Assembly: GCA_963755825.1 (NCBI GenBank)
Contig: CAVWLA010000001.1
Coordinates: 258,808-322,807 of the forward strand
Direction: 5' to 3'
Origin: an uncultured Acidobacteriota bacterium
GTDB lineage: Bacteria; Acidobacteriota; Thermoanaerobaculia; Multivoradales; UBA5704
Length of the DNA stretch: 64,000 nucleotides
Part shown: positions 10,660-20,253 of the stretch, one piece after another
Numbering within the stretch: position 1 is the first letter of the stretch
Layout of the letters: every line of letters begins with the position of its first letter
Notes under the pieces: generated by a model
What the model was told of the DNA's origin: nothing
What the model saw: the letters and a program-made list of their open reading frames with translations, nothing else
The model's database searches: none
Made by a program: the position numbers and the translations under genes

Positions 10660-12719
10660 ATGTCCGACACCTCGTCAGCCGCCGCCGGGCACGACTTCAT
10701 CCGCGACCTGGTCGCCCGCGACCGCGCCGCCGGCAAGCACGGCGGGAGAGTGGTCACCCGCTTTCCGCCGGAGCCTAACGGCTACCTCCACATCGGCCAC
10801 GCCAAGTCGATCTGCCTCAACTTCGGCCTCGCCCTGGAGAACGCCGGCAGCTGCCACCTCCGCCTCGACGACACCAACCCGGAGACCGAGGATGCGGAGT
10901 ACGTCGACGCCATCCAGCGCGACGTGCGCTGGCTGGGCTTCGACTGGGGGAGAGCTTCTTCCACGCCGCGGACTACTTCGAGCGGCTCTACGACTTCGCC
11001 GTCGAGCTCATCCGCCGCGGCAAGGCCTACGTCTGCACCCTCTCCGAGGACGAGATCCGCGCCTACCGCGGCACCGTCACCGAGCCGGGCCGCAACAGCC
11101 CCGGCCGCGACCGCTCCGTCGAGGAGAACCTCGACCTCTTCGCCCGCATGCGGGCGGGGGAGCTCGCCGACGGCGCCGCCGTGCTGCGCGCCAGGATCGA
11201 CATGGCCGCCGCCAACATGAAGCTGCGCGACCCGCTCCTCTACCGCATCAAGCGCGCCACCCACTACCACCGCGGCGACGCCTGGTGCATCTACCCGATG
11301 TACGACTTCGCCCATCCGCTCTCCGACGCCATCGAGGGCATCACCCACTCCCTCTGCACGCTCGAGTTCGAGAACAACCGCGACATCTACGACTGGCTGG
11401 TCGACACCCTGCCCTTCGCCGACCCGCCGCGGCAGATCGAGTTCGCCCGCCTCAACCTCACCTACACCCTGATGAGCAAGCGCAAGCTCCTCGAGCTCGT
11501 CGAGCGCCGGCTGGTGGCGGGCTGGGACGACCCGCGCCTGCCGACCCTCGCCGGCCTGCGCCGGCGCGGCTTCACCCCGGCGGCGCTGCGCGACTTCTGC
11601 GAGCGGATCGGCGTCGCCAAGGCGAACAGCACGGTGGACGTGGCTCTTCTCGAGGCCTGCCAGCGCGAGGATCTCAACCCCCTGGTGCCGCGCCTCCTCT
11701 GCGTGCTGCGGCCGCTCAAGCTGGTGATCGAGAACTATCCCGAGGACGAGGTCGAGGAGCTCGACGCGCCGCTCTACCCGCACGACGTGCCGAAGGAGGG
11801 GGAGAGGAGGATCCCCTTCTCGCGCGTCCTCTACATCGAGCGCGACGACTTCGCCGAGCTGCCGCCGAAGGGTTTTCACCGCCTCGCCCCGGGCCGCGAG
11901 GTGCGCCTGCGCTACGCCTACCTCGTCCGCTGCACGGGCGTCGTCCGCGATGCCGCGAGCGGCGAGGTCGTCGAGGTGCGCTGCACCTACGACCCGACCA
12001 CCCGCGGCGGCACCGCGCCGGACGGCCGCAAGGTGCCGGGCACCCTGCACTGGGTGTCCGCGGCGCAGTCGGTGACGGTCGAGGTGCGGCTCTACGACCG
12101 GCTCTTCCGCGTCGAGCGGCCGGATCTCGAGGAGGGCGGCTTCGAGGCCTGTCTCAATCCGCGCTCGCTGGAGATCCTCACGGGTAGCCGGCTCGAGCCG
12201 GCGGCGCTCGACGCCGGGCTCGGCGAGCGGCTGCAGTTCGAGCGCCAGGGGTACTTCTACCGCGACCCCGTCGATTCGACCCCCGAGCGCCCGGTGTTCA
12301 ACCGCATCGTGCCGCTCCGCGACTCGTGGGCGCTGGAGGCGGCGGCAGGGCAAAAGGCGGCCGAGGCGTCGCGGCCTGCGGCGCCGGATCGACCGACCCC
12401 GCAAAAGCCTGCGAAGGAGGCCGAGCCGAAGGTCGCCGAGCCGCTTTCGGAGGACGAGATCGCCGCGCTCGACGCCATGCGCCCGACGGTGGGCCCGCTC
12501 GTCGCGGGCGTCCTCGCCGACCATCCCGCCGAGGTCGAGAAGCTCCGCGGCGGCAAGGCCGGGCTGCTCGGCTTCCTCGTCGCGCAGGTGATGAAGCGGG
12601 TGGCGGCGGGTGGCGGCAAGGCCAATCCGAAGCTGGTCAACGCACTCCTCGGCGAAGCGCTCGGCTCGCCTGCCGCGCCGACCGCTGCGCCCGCCGGCGA
12701 TCCATCCGCGGCCGGCTAG
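10660..12719 (+). CDS. glnS: Glutaminyl-tRNA synthetase with appended C-terminal YqeY/GatB-like domain; apparent frameshift in a G5 homopolymer at 10946-10950
   Basis: ORF 10660-11220 matches the GlnRS N-terminus ([20 protein letters not shown] motif). ORF 11148-12719 in the -1 frame continues GlnRS ([32 protein letters not shown] motif). Translating across 10942-10960 with one extra G restores a continuous GlnRS ([20 protein letters not shown]). The last ~120 aa ([25 protein letters not shown]) resemble the GatB/YqeY tail. Confidence 0.85.
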
Positions 12720-12738
12720 CCCCGCGGCACCGCGTCTC

Positions 12739-14682
12739 TCAGCCGCGCCAGTCGAGGATTCTGTCGACCGTCTGCTGCGTCAGCGCGTGGTAGCCGGGGC
12801 GCGCCTGGCCGTAGATGCGGAGCGCCCGCTCGGTCCCCGCCGGGGTCTTCGCCAGCTCGCTGTAGAGCGGCTTGACGAGCTTGCGCCGGCCGACCGCGGT
12901 CAGGAACCGCTCGAGCGTCGGATAGGCCGGCTCGTAGCGGCTCTGGATCGAGCGCTCGAGCCAGACGGAGAGGATCTCGTCGTTGCCGCTGGCGGTGAAG
13001 TGGAAGGCGGCGTCGAGGGCGGCCATCCGCTCGGCGGGCACCGGGCGCTGGAGCTTGCCGAGGAAGTGGAGCCACTCCTGGGCCGTCCAGCCCTGCGTCG
13101 CCAGCTGCTCCGGCGCCGTGCCGGCGGCGAGCGCGGCGACCTGCAGGTCGACCTTGGCGAAGGCGGCGGAGATCACCCGCGGCGCGTTCGCCGGCAGCCC
13201 CGGCCCATGGATCCAGGCCCTGGCGTCGATCCGCGCCGCCACCTGCGGATCGTTCAGGAGATGCTGGTCGAGGTAGGACTCGAAGCCCGCGGTGTCCATC
13301 GAGCGGAAGGCGTGGCCGTCGAACCAGCCGCGGAGGAAGGCGTCGAGGCGGTCGCGCCCCGCCGCCTGCTCGAGGGCGAAGAGGAAGAGCGCCCCCTTCT
13401 CGTAGGCGACGTCGTTGACCGCGTCGTCGGGATCGCGGCCCGCCATGTCGAGATGGAGCCGGGTGTCGGGGCTGTCCGGCCCCAGCTCCTGGAGGGTCGC
13501 GTCGAGGCTCTCGCGCCCCAGCGCCGCCTCCATCTCCTCGAGCGGACGGCCGTAGAGCGCCTCGACGATGCGGCGCTCGAAGTAGACGGTGAAGCCCTCG
13601 TTCAGCCAGAAGTCGTTCCAGCTCGCGTTGGTCACCAGGTTGCCCGACCAGGAGTGCGCCAGCTCGTGGGCGACGAGGGCGACGAGCGAGCGGTCGCCGG
13701 CGAGGATGGTCGGCGTGGCGAAGGTGAGGCGCGGATTCTCCATGCCGCCGAACGGATAGCTCGCCGGCAGGATGAGCAGGTCGTAGCGGCCCCAGCGGTA
13801 GGGACCGTAGAGCTTCTCGGCGGCGGCGATCATCCGCGGCGTGTCGGCGAGCTCCCAGGCGGCGCGCTCGATGACCGCCGGCTGCGCGTAGACGCCGCTC
13901 CGCTCGGCGCCGCCGGCGGCCGGGAACGCCCTGAACTCGAGGTCGCCGACGGCCAGCGCCAGCAGGTACGAGGGGATCGGCTGCGGCATGCGGAACTCGT
14001 AGCGGCCGTCGGCGTGCTTCGTCTGCGGGTTCTCGGCGCTCATCACGGCGAGGAGGTCGGGCGGCACGGTGACCGTCGCCTCGTAGGTCATCCGCACGCT
14101 CGGCGTGTCCTGGCAGGGGATCCAGGTGCGCGCCAGGATCGCCTCCGACTGGCTGTAGAGGAACGGCTTGGCGCCGCCGGCCTGCTCCGGGGTGAGCCAC
14201 TGCAGCGCCGCCGACTCGGGCCGCGTCGCGTAGTCGACGTTCACCCATTGCGTCCGCGGCGTGATCTCGACCTCGAGGTCGCGGCCGAGGAAGTGGACCG
14301 GCTCGCCGAGATGGAAGGAGGCTCTGGTCTTGCCGTCGTCGAGCGTCACGGCGCGGATGTCGAGGTCGCGGGTGTCGAGGTGGAGGCGGAGGCCCTCGTG
14401 CGGCGCCAGGTGCAGGCTGGCGCGGCCGCTGAGCGTGCGGCTGGCGAAATCGACCCGCAGGGTGAGCTTCAGGTGGTCGACCGACGCCTCGGCCGGCCGC
14501 GCGAACGAGTGCGGATCGCCTGCCGGCTGGCCGGCCGCCGGGCTCGCGGCCTGCGCGCCGTCCGCCGGCGAGGGCTGAACGACCTCGGGCCGGGGCGGCC
14601 GGCCGGAGGTGGCGCAGGCGACGAGGAGCGGCAGGGCGGCGAGCAGGAGTGTCGAGACGAGCGGCAGGTCGAACGGCTTCAT
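12739..14682 (-). CDS. M1-family zinc aminopeptidase, lipoprotein (leukotriene A4 hydrolase-like)
   Basis: 647 aa with lipoprotein signal (LLVACAT). GAMEN-like GGMENP and zinc motif HELAHSWSGN...E. The overlapping 673 aa ORF in another frame is Pro/Arg-rich GC artefact. Confidence 0.8.
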   Translation of the reverse strand: MKPFDLPLVSTLLLAALPLLVACATSGRPPRPEVVQPSPADGAQAASPAAGQPAGDPHSFARPAEASVDHLKLTLRVDFASRTLSGRASLHLAPHEGLRLHLDTRDLDIRAVTLDDGKTRASFHLGEPVHFLGRDLEVEITPRTQWVNVDYATRPESAALQWLTPEQAGGAKPFLYSQSEAILARTWIPCQDTPSVRMTYEATVTVPPDLLAVMSAENPQTKHADGRYEFRMPQPIPSYLLALAVGDLEFRAFPAAGGAERSGVYAQPAVIERAAWELADTPRMIAAAEKLYGPYRWGRYDLLILPASYPFGGMENPRLTFATPTILAGDRSLVALVAHELAHSWSGNLVTNASWNDFWLNEGFTVYFERRIVEALYGRPLEEMEAALGRESLDATLQELGPDSPDTRLHLDMAGRDPDDAVNDVAYEKGALFLFALEQAAGRDRLDAFLRGWFDGHAFRSMDTAGFESYLDQHLLNDPQVAARIDARAWIHGPGLPANAPRVISAAFAKVDLQVAALAAGTAPEQLATQGWTAQEWLHFLGKLQRPVPAERMAALDAAFHFTASGNDEILSVWLERSIQSRYEPAYPTLERFLTAVGRRKLVKPLYSELAKTPAGTERALRIYGQARPGYHALTQQTVDRILDWRG

Positions 14683-15683
14683 CGATTGGGGGCTCCTGGG
14701 GTCGAGCGGTTCGGGTCGCCGGCAGCGCCGGCGTCACCGGCCTCGTCGGCTGCCATGGCGGCTGCCACGGCGCCGCCCGGCCAGAGCGCCGGCTCGCCGC
14801 GGTCGAGCGCGGCGTGCAGGGCCTGCACGATGGCGAAGACCTCGCGGCGGCTGATCTTGGCGCCGGGGCCGGCGGCGGCGACGCGATCGAGGGTGGCGTG
14901 GGCGAGATGGACGGGGAGGGCGTTGAAGGCGACGAGGCCGCGCTCGGCGCCGGCGCGCTGGAGATCGAGGAGGTAGCGCTCTGCCTCGGCGAGGTCGCGG
15001 CGCGCCAGCGCCATGACCGCCGCCCGCTCGACCGCCGGCGGCAGGTAGCGCCTGCCCTCCTTGGCGTCGGCGTCCGAGTCCTTGAGGATGTTGACCAGCT
15101 GCAGCCCCTCGCCGAAGATCGGCGCCCGCGCGCGGAGCGCCGCGGCGAACGGCGCCAGCTCCGGCCGCCCGAGGAGGAAGAGGTCGGTCAGCAGCTCGCC
15201 GACGATGCCGGCGACGACGTAGCAGTAGGCGCGCAGGTCGGCGAGGTCGGCGAGCTCGAGGCGGCCGTCGTCGCCTGCGCGCTCGACGTAGCGCTCCATC
15301 CCGGCGATGGTCCGCCGCGTGTGGTCGCGGATGAGCGCGACCGCCGCGGGGCGCAGAGCGAAGAAGCTGTCGAGGACGAAGGGCACCTCGGCGAGCAGGC
15401 TGCGATAGCCCGGCTGGGCGCAGGGGACCGCGCCGCTCCAGGCGCCCGCCGCCACCGCAATCTCTCCGGCATCCGCCGCCGGGCCGTCGAGCATGGCGTC
15501 GAAGCGGTCGAGCGCCGCGATCTTCTCGGCGCGCTGCCAGCCGGCGGCGTCCTCGAAGGTGTCGGCGATGCGGAAGAGCAGGTAGGCGAGCGTCACCTCG
15601 CTCCGCGTCGGCTCGGGGAGGAGCGGGATGGAGAGCGCGAAGGTGCGGCTCGAATGGAGCAGGAGCTGTTCCAGATCGGCCAT
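14679..15683 (-). CDS. Squalene/phytoene synthase family protein (trans-isoprenyl diphosphate synthase head-to-head)
   Basis: ORF 14679-16817 trimmed to ATG 15681-15683 (MADLEQLLLHSSRTFALSIPLL). SQS_PSY signatures (YCYVVAGIVGELLT, DxxED-like FRIADTFED, QLVNILKD). Last gene of the isoprenoid operon. Confidence 0.75.
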   Translation of the reverse strand: MADLEQLLLHSSRTFALSIPLLPEPTRSEVTLAYLLFRIADTFEDAAGWQRAEKIAALDRFDAMLDGPAADAGEIAVAAGAWSGAVPCAQPGYRSLLAEVPFVLDSFFALRPAAVALIRDHTRRTIAGMERYVERAGDDGRLELADLADLRAYCYVVAGIVGELLTDLFLLGRPELAPFAAALRARAPIFGEGLQLVNILKDSDADAKEGRRYLPPAVERAAVMALARRDLAEAERYLLDLQRAGAERGLVAFNALPVHLAHATLDRVAAAGPGAKISRREVFAIVQALHAALDRGEPALWPGGAVAAAMAADEAGDAGAAGDPNRSTPGAPNR

Positions 15684-15775
15684 GGCTCGCAGCGAAGGAT
15701 ACCAGCTCGGCCGCGCTGGACGCGGCGAAGGGAGGGCCGGAGAGCAGGGCGGAGAGAGTACGTTGCGGCGCCCCG

Positions 15776-16651
15776 TCAGGAGGCGCGGCTGACGACGACG
15801 GTGCCGGGCACCTCGTCGCCGGCGAGGGCGCTCTCCAGCAGCCCGGGCACCTGTCCATCGGCGATCAGCGAGGGGACACCGAGGTCGGCGAGGGCGAGCG
15901 CCGTCTCGACGCGGTGGCGCATGCCGCCGGTGACGTCGGTGCCGCGCGCGGCGCCGATCGCGGTGCCGGCGCTGTGCAGGTCGCTCCGCGTCAGGCGGGC
16001 GAGGGTGGAGCCGTCGCGGTCGAAGACGCCGGCGGTCTCGCCCAGCCAGATGGCGCGGCGGACGGTGATGCCGCGCTCGGGGAGGCGCTGGGCGAGGAGA
16101 GCGAAGGCGCTCTCCGTCGAGCAGATGGAGACGCCGCGGTCGCGGTCCATCACCACGTCGCCGTAGACGACCGGCAGGAGCCCGCGCGCCAGCGCCAGGA
16201 GGAGCGGCTCGTCGGCGAACGTCGCCGGCGAGCCCGCCGCCGCGGTCATCGCGCTCGACGGGCTGATCGAGAAGGGGAGGGCGCCCGCCGCGGCGAGCGC
16301 CGCCACCACCTGCCAATGGAGCGCCGCGGCGCGCTCCTGGGTGATCGAGATGCCTTCGAGCTGAGCGCGCGACGCAGGGGCGCCGGTGCCGCCGGCGAGG
16401 CCGCTCGTCAGCCCGCTGGTCAGCCGATACTTCGCGGCGGCGACATGGCCGAACGAGCCGCTGCCGTGGCCGACGATCACCCGCGCGCCGCGCGCGGTGG
16501 AGGCCGCGGCGCCGGCGGCGATCTCCTCGGCCAGCCGCTCGATCACCTCGGGGCGCGCCGTCTCCGGCTGCTCCTTGTCGGTGATCAGGCTGCCGCCGAG
16601 CTTGACGAGGATGACGTCCAGGGCTTCGCTCCGGTCTCGCGGGCTCAGAAT
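15776..16651 (-). CDS. ipk: Isopentenyl phosphate kinase (amino-acid-kinase fold); start codon uncertain, no in-frame ATG/GTG/TTG
   Basis: C-terminal ~290 aa of ORF 15776-18841: LDVILVKLGGSLITDK, VIVGHGSGSFGH, then nucleotide-binding Gly-rich segments typical of IPK and fosfomycin-kinase-like AAK enzymes. Abuts the decarboxylase stop (16660). Only CTG/ATT codons are available near the expected start. Confidence 0.7.
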   Translation of the reverse strand: MLSPRDRSEALDVILVKLGGSLITDKEQPETARPEVIERLAEEIAAGAAASTARGARVIVGHGSGSFGHVAAAKYRLTSGLTSGLAGGTGAPASRAQLEGISITQERAAALHWQVVAALAAAGALPFSISPSSAMTAAAGSPATFADEPLLLALARGLLPVVYGDVVMDRDRGVSICSTESAFALLAQRLPERGITVRRAIWLGETAGVFDRDGSTLARLTRSDLHSAGTAIGAARGTDVTGGMRHRVETALALADLGVPSLIADGQVPGLLESALAGDEVPGTVVVSRAS

Positions 16652-16659
16652 CGCGGGGC

Positions 16660-17667
16660 TCAGAAGAGGTGGTCGGAGTCGGTCTCCGGCCCGGCGCCGA
16701 CGCCGTCGCGGATGACGAAGCCGACGACCGGCAGGCTGTCGAGCCGCGCCGCGACGTCGTCGACCGATTCGGCCTCGCAGATGACGTGGACATTGGCGCC
16801 GGCGTCCATCGTCGCATAGGCCTGCAGGCCCTCCTGGCGCAGCTCGCGCACGGCGCGCAGGACGCCGACCGTCCCCGGGCTCCAGTAGAAGACCGGCGGC
16901 TGCGACGACATGGCGATCAGGTGGAGGTCGATCGCCTCCTCTTCGAGCACGGGGCCGAGGAGCGCGATGTCGCGCGCCGCGATCGCCCGCCGCACCTGCT
17001 CGAGGCGCGCCGGGAGGAGCTCCTGGCGTTGCGGGTAGTACGGGCTGGTGATCGCCCGCCGATGCCCTTCGAGCGAGGAGACGACCTTGGGGCCGATCTC
17101 GACGACGGCGATGACGTCGCAGAGGTCCCAGTGCTCGGCGCCGGCGATCTGCACCGCGCCGGGGTCGTCGGCCTTCTTCTCCTTCGGGCCCGGCCACTCG
17201 ACGAAGCCGCCGAAGACCGAGCGCGCCGCCGACCCCGAGCCGCTGGCGCGGGCGAGGCGCGACAGCTCGGTCGGCGGCGCCCCCTTGCCGAGGGCGCCCG
17301 CCGCGGCGAGCGTCAGGGCGGCGAAGCCCGAGGCCGAGGAGGCGAGACCGCCGGCGGTGGGGAAGCCGTTCTTGGTCGCCACCCGGAAGGCCGCGCGGCT
17401 CCCCGCCCAGGCGCGGATGTTGTCGAGCTGGCGGCGCATGCGCTCCTGGAAGTCGTGCGCCGGGGTGCGGAAGCCGCCGTCGGGCTCGGAGAGCCAGACC
17501 TCGTCCTTCGTCCCCTCGGGCAGCAGCTCCACCGTGCAGCGGGTGACGCAGCTCTCCAGGGTCATCGAGATCGACGGGTTCTGCGGGATGGCGCGCTCGA
17601 GATCGCGGGCGCCCCAGTACTTGATGAAGGCGATGTTCGCCGGGGCTTGGACGGTCGTCTTGCTCAT
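16660..17667 (-). CDS. mvaD: GHMP-family mevalonate (di)phosphate decarboxylase (MVD or phosphomevalonate decarboxylase)
   Basis: 335 aa, MSKTTVQAPANIAFIKYWG N-terminus and GLASSASGFAAL GHMP motif. ATGA overlap with the mevalonate kinase stop at 17664-17667. Confidence 0.85.
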   Translation of the reverse strand: MSKTTVQAPANIAFIKYWGARDLERAIPQNPSISMTLESCVTRCTVELLPEGTKDEVWLSEPDGGFRTPAHDFQERMRRQLDNIRAWAGSRAAFRVATKNGFPTAGGLASSASGFAALTLAAAGALGKGAPPTELSRLARASGSGSAARSVFGGFVEWPGPKEKKADDPGAVQIAGAEHWDLCDVIAVVEIGPKVVSSLEGHRRAITSPYYPQRQELLPARLEQVRRAIAARDIALLGPVLEEEAIDLHLIAMSSQPPVFYWSPGTVGVLRAVRELRQEGLQAYATMDAGANVHVICEAESVDDVAARLDSLPVVGFVIRDGVGAGPETDSDHLF

Positions 17668-18900
17668 CGAGGGGTCTCCCGCCGCAGGCCGGCGGCGCCG
17701 AATCGAACCGGGCGAACCGGCAGGGTCGCGAGGCAGGGCAGGCTCTCGCGGTGGCCGCCCGCGGCGCCGGAATCGACGCTCGAGTCAGCGCTGGAACCGG
17801 CGCTGGAATCGGCGCTGGAATCGGCGCTGGAATCGGCGCTGGAATCGGGATGATAAACCAGGAGCGCGCCGGCACCGCTCCCGGAGAGCGCGCCGGCGCC
17901 GGAGATCTTGGCGGCGCCGCCGGCGGCCTCGATCTGTCGCACGATCCGCGCCACCGGCGCCGGCACCACGCCGAGCGCTTCGAGGCACTCCTCGAACTCG
18001 GCGAGCAGGTCGCGGATCGGCGCCGCGGTCGCGGCGCCGATCTCGAGGTCGGCGCGCAGCGCGACGGTCGCCGCCGCCATGCGGTCGAGGAGGCGCTCGG
18101 TGCCGGCGCGGTCGCGAGCCAGGCGCTCGCGGACCGCCGCCACCACGGCGCCGGTCGCCTCGGCCGGCGCGCCGGTGTCGTAGACGGCGAGGCGGTCGAG
18201 GGCGGTCGAGCGCAGCGCGATCGGCTCGACGGCGAGGCCGCCGCGGTCGCCCGGCGCCGGGGCGGTCCGTGCCGCCCACAGCAGGCCGCCGCGGAGCACC
18301 GTCGCCGCGTCGACCCCCGAGGGAGTGCCGTGCTGGCGGCGCTCGACCTCGTGCACCAGCCGCTCGACGGTCGCCAGGTCGGGCGCCGCGCCGCGCAGCG
18401 CCAGATAGCCCGCGACGACCGCCGCCGCCGCCGCCGCCGAGCTGCCGAAGCCGGAGCCCGGCGGCAGGTCGGAGTCGATGCGGAGCCGCAGCCCCGGCGG
18501 ATCGCCGGCGCCGGGAGGATCATCAGCGGAGCCCTCGCCGGTCTGCATGAGGTGCGCCGCCGCCTCGCCGAGCGAGACCTTGACGAGGTGCACCGGGTCT
18601 TCGCCGCGGAGCTGGCGGAAGGACGGCGCGCCGGAGCTCGCGGCATAGCCTGCCCAACGCTCGCGCGCCTGCCGCGCGTAGGCGAGGATCTCCTCCCAGC
18701 TGGTCTCCGCCGCGCAGCCGAGATCGGGGAGCTCGAGGCGGACGGATGGCGGCTCGCCGGGCGATGCGAGCGGGAAGAAGCGGGCGGTGAGGCGGAGATC
18801 GATCGCCGCGACCAGCGCCGGCCGGCCGTAGACGACGGCATGCTCGCCCATCAGGATGAGCTTGCCGGGGGTGGAGACGGCGAGCGGCCCGGAGCTCCGC
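17664..18900 (-). CDS. mvk: Mevalonate kinase; true start upstream of annotated ATG (conserved PGKLIL-GEHAVVYG motif spans the ATG), approximate 5' end
   Basis: GHMP kinase motifs PPGSGFGSSAA and KISGAGA. Translating upstream of the first ATG (18849-18851) in frame gives ...LAVSTPGKLIL-M-GEHAVVYG, the canonical MVK N-terminal strand, so translation must begin before 18851. No ATG/GTG/TTG is present between there and the hmgA stop (18958). Confidence 0.85.
17765..17848. repeat. 12 bp tandem repeat (cgctggaatcgg x ~6) inside the mvk coding region, encoding (SSAD)n
   Basis: Direct reading of 17789-17848 shows 5 perfect 12-mers plus degenerate flanking units. Translated on the minus strand as DSSADSSADSSADSSAGSSADSSVDSG, inserted after the MVK Gly-rich loop. 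Confidence 0.7.
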
Positions 18901-18957
18901 GCCGGACCGCCGGTCGCGGCGTCGGAGCCGGGGAGAAGGCCGTCGAGCAGGGGAGCC

Positions 18958-20253
18958 CTAGGTGGGGATCGGAGCCGCGGGAGGCACCGCGCCGCGCCCC
19001 AGCTTCTCGTGCGACCGCGCCAGGTCGCGGGAGGTGAGCGCCGACATCAGCGACAGCTCGCCGGCGAGCACCGCGCCGCCGACGATCTCCGCCAGGCGCA
19101 GCACCGCGTCGCCGCGGCGGAGCGGCTCGGGCGAGACGCCGAGGACGGTCAGCGCCTCGCGCTGGGTGTCGAGCGCCGTACCGCCGCCGATCGCCCCCAA
19201 CGGGCAGTCGGGGAGGAAGACCGAGGCGAAGACGGCGCCGTTGTCGCGCGGCTCGATGCAGGTCACCCCGAGCGATCCCTCGACCACCTGCGCCGGGTCC
19301 TGCCCGGTGGCGATGAAGAGGGCGGCGAGGACGTTGGCGTAGTGGGCGTTGAAGCCGAGCGAGCCGGCGGCGATCGAGCCGAGGAGGTTCTTCCGGTACT
19401 GCACCTCGACGAGCTCCTTGGCGTTGGTCTTGAGGATGGTCTCCAAGATGTCGGCCTCGACCACCACCTCGGCGTAGATGCGCTTGCCGCGCCCCTCGTG
19501 GAAGTTGACCGCCGCCGGCTTCTTGTCGGCGCAGTAGTTGCCCGAGAGCGAGATGCAGGCGACGCCGGTCGACGGCTCAATGAGGTCGCTGATGACGCGG
19601 TCGCAGGCGATGGTCGCCATGTTCATCCCCATGGCGTCGCCGGAGTCGAATCGGAAGCGCAGGAAGACCGTGGTGCCGAAGGCGAAGGGTCGCACGTCGA
19701 GGAGCTTCAGGTAGCCGCTCGTCGACTCGGCGATGCGCCGGATGTCGGCATCGTGATCCTCGATCCAGCGCAGGAACTGCTGCGTCTGCACGATGCCGGA
19801 GGTGCGGAAGACCGGCGCCCGCGTCATCCCCACGTCCTCGACGCGGACGGTCGCGCCGCCGGCGGCGGAGATCGCCGTGCAGCCGCGGTTGGTGCTGGCG
19901 ACGAGCGCCGCCTCGGTGGTGGCGAGCGGCAGGTAGACGTCGCCCTGCACGTGGTTGCCGCGCAGGGTGAGCGGGCCGGCGACGCCCATCGGGATCTGCG
20001 CGATGCCGATGAAGTTCTCGCAGTTGCGCGCCGCGGCGCGGTTGACGTCGAGCGAATGCTGGGCGATGTGATGGAGGGGAGCGCGCGTCAGCTCCTCGAG
20101 CGCCTGGCGGCGGATCTCGGCCGCCATCTGCGGCGGCAGATCCTTCGGCAGCTGATGGAAATGGATCTCACGGGCGACCAGCGAGCGCACCAGCTCATCG
20201 CGGGTGGAAGGGCGTCTCAAGGTGGATGCGAGTGGTCTCATCGTCTCGTTCAT
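18958..20253 (-). CDS. hmgA: HMG-CoA reductase, class I (NADPH-dependent, archaeal/eukaryotic type)
   Basis: 431 aa with ENFIGIAQIPMGVAGPL, DAMGMNM and GTxGG motifs characteristic of class I HMGR. Confidence 0.9.
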   Translation of the reverse strand: MNETMRPLASTLRRPSTRDELVRSLVAREIHFHQLPKDLPPQMAAEIRRQALEELTRAPLHHIAQHSLDVNRAAARNCENFIGIAQIPMGVAGPLTLRGNHVQGDVYLPLATTEAALVASTNRGCTAISAAGGATVRVEDVGMTRAPVFRTSGIVQTQQFLRWIEDHDADIRRIAESTSGYLKLLDVRPFAFGTTVFLRFRFDSGDAMGMNMATIACDRVISDLIEPSTGVACISLSGNYCADKKPAAVNFHEGRGKRIYAEVVVEADILETILKTNAKELVEVQYRKNLLGSIAAGSLGFNAHYANVLAALFIATGQDPAQVVEGSLGVTCIEPRDNGAVFASVFLPDCPLGAIGGGTALDTQREALTVLGVSPEPLRRGDAVLRLAEIVGGAVLAGELSLMSALTSRDLARSHEKLGRGAVPPAAPIPT

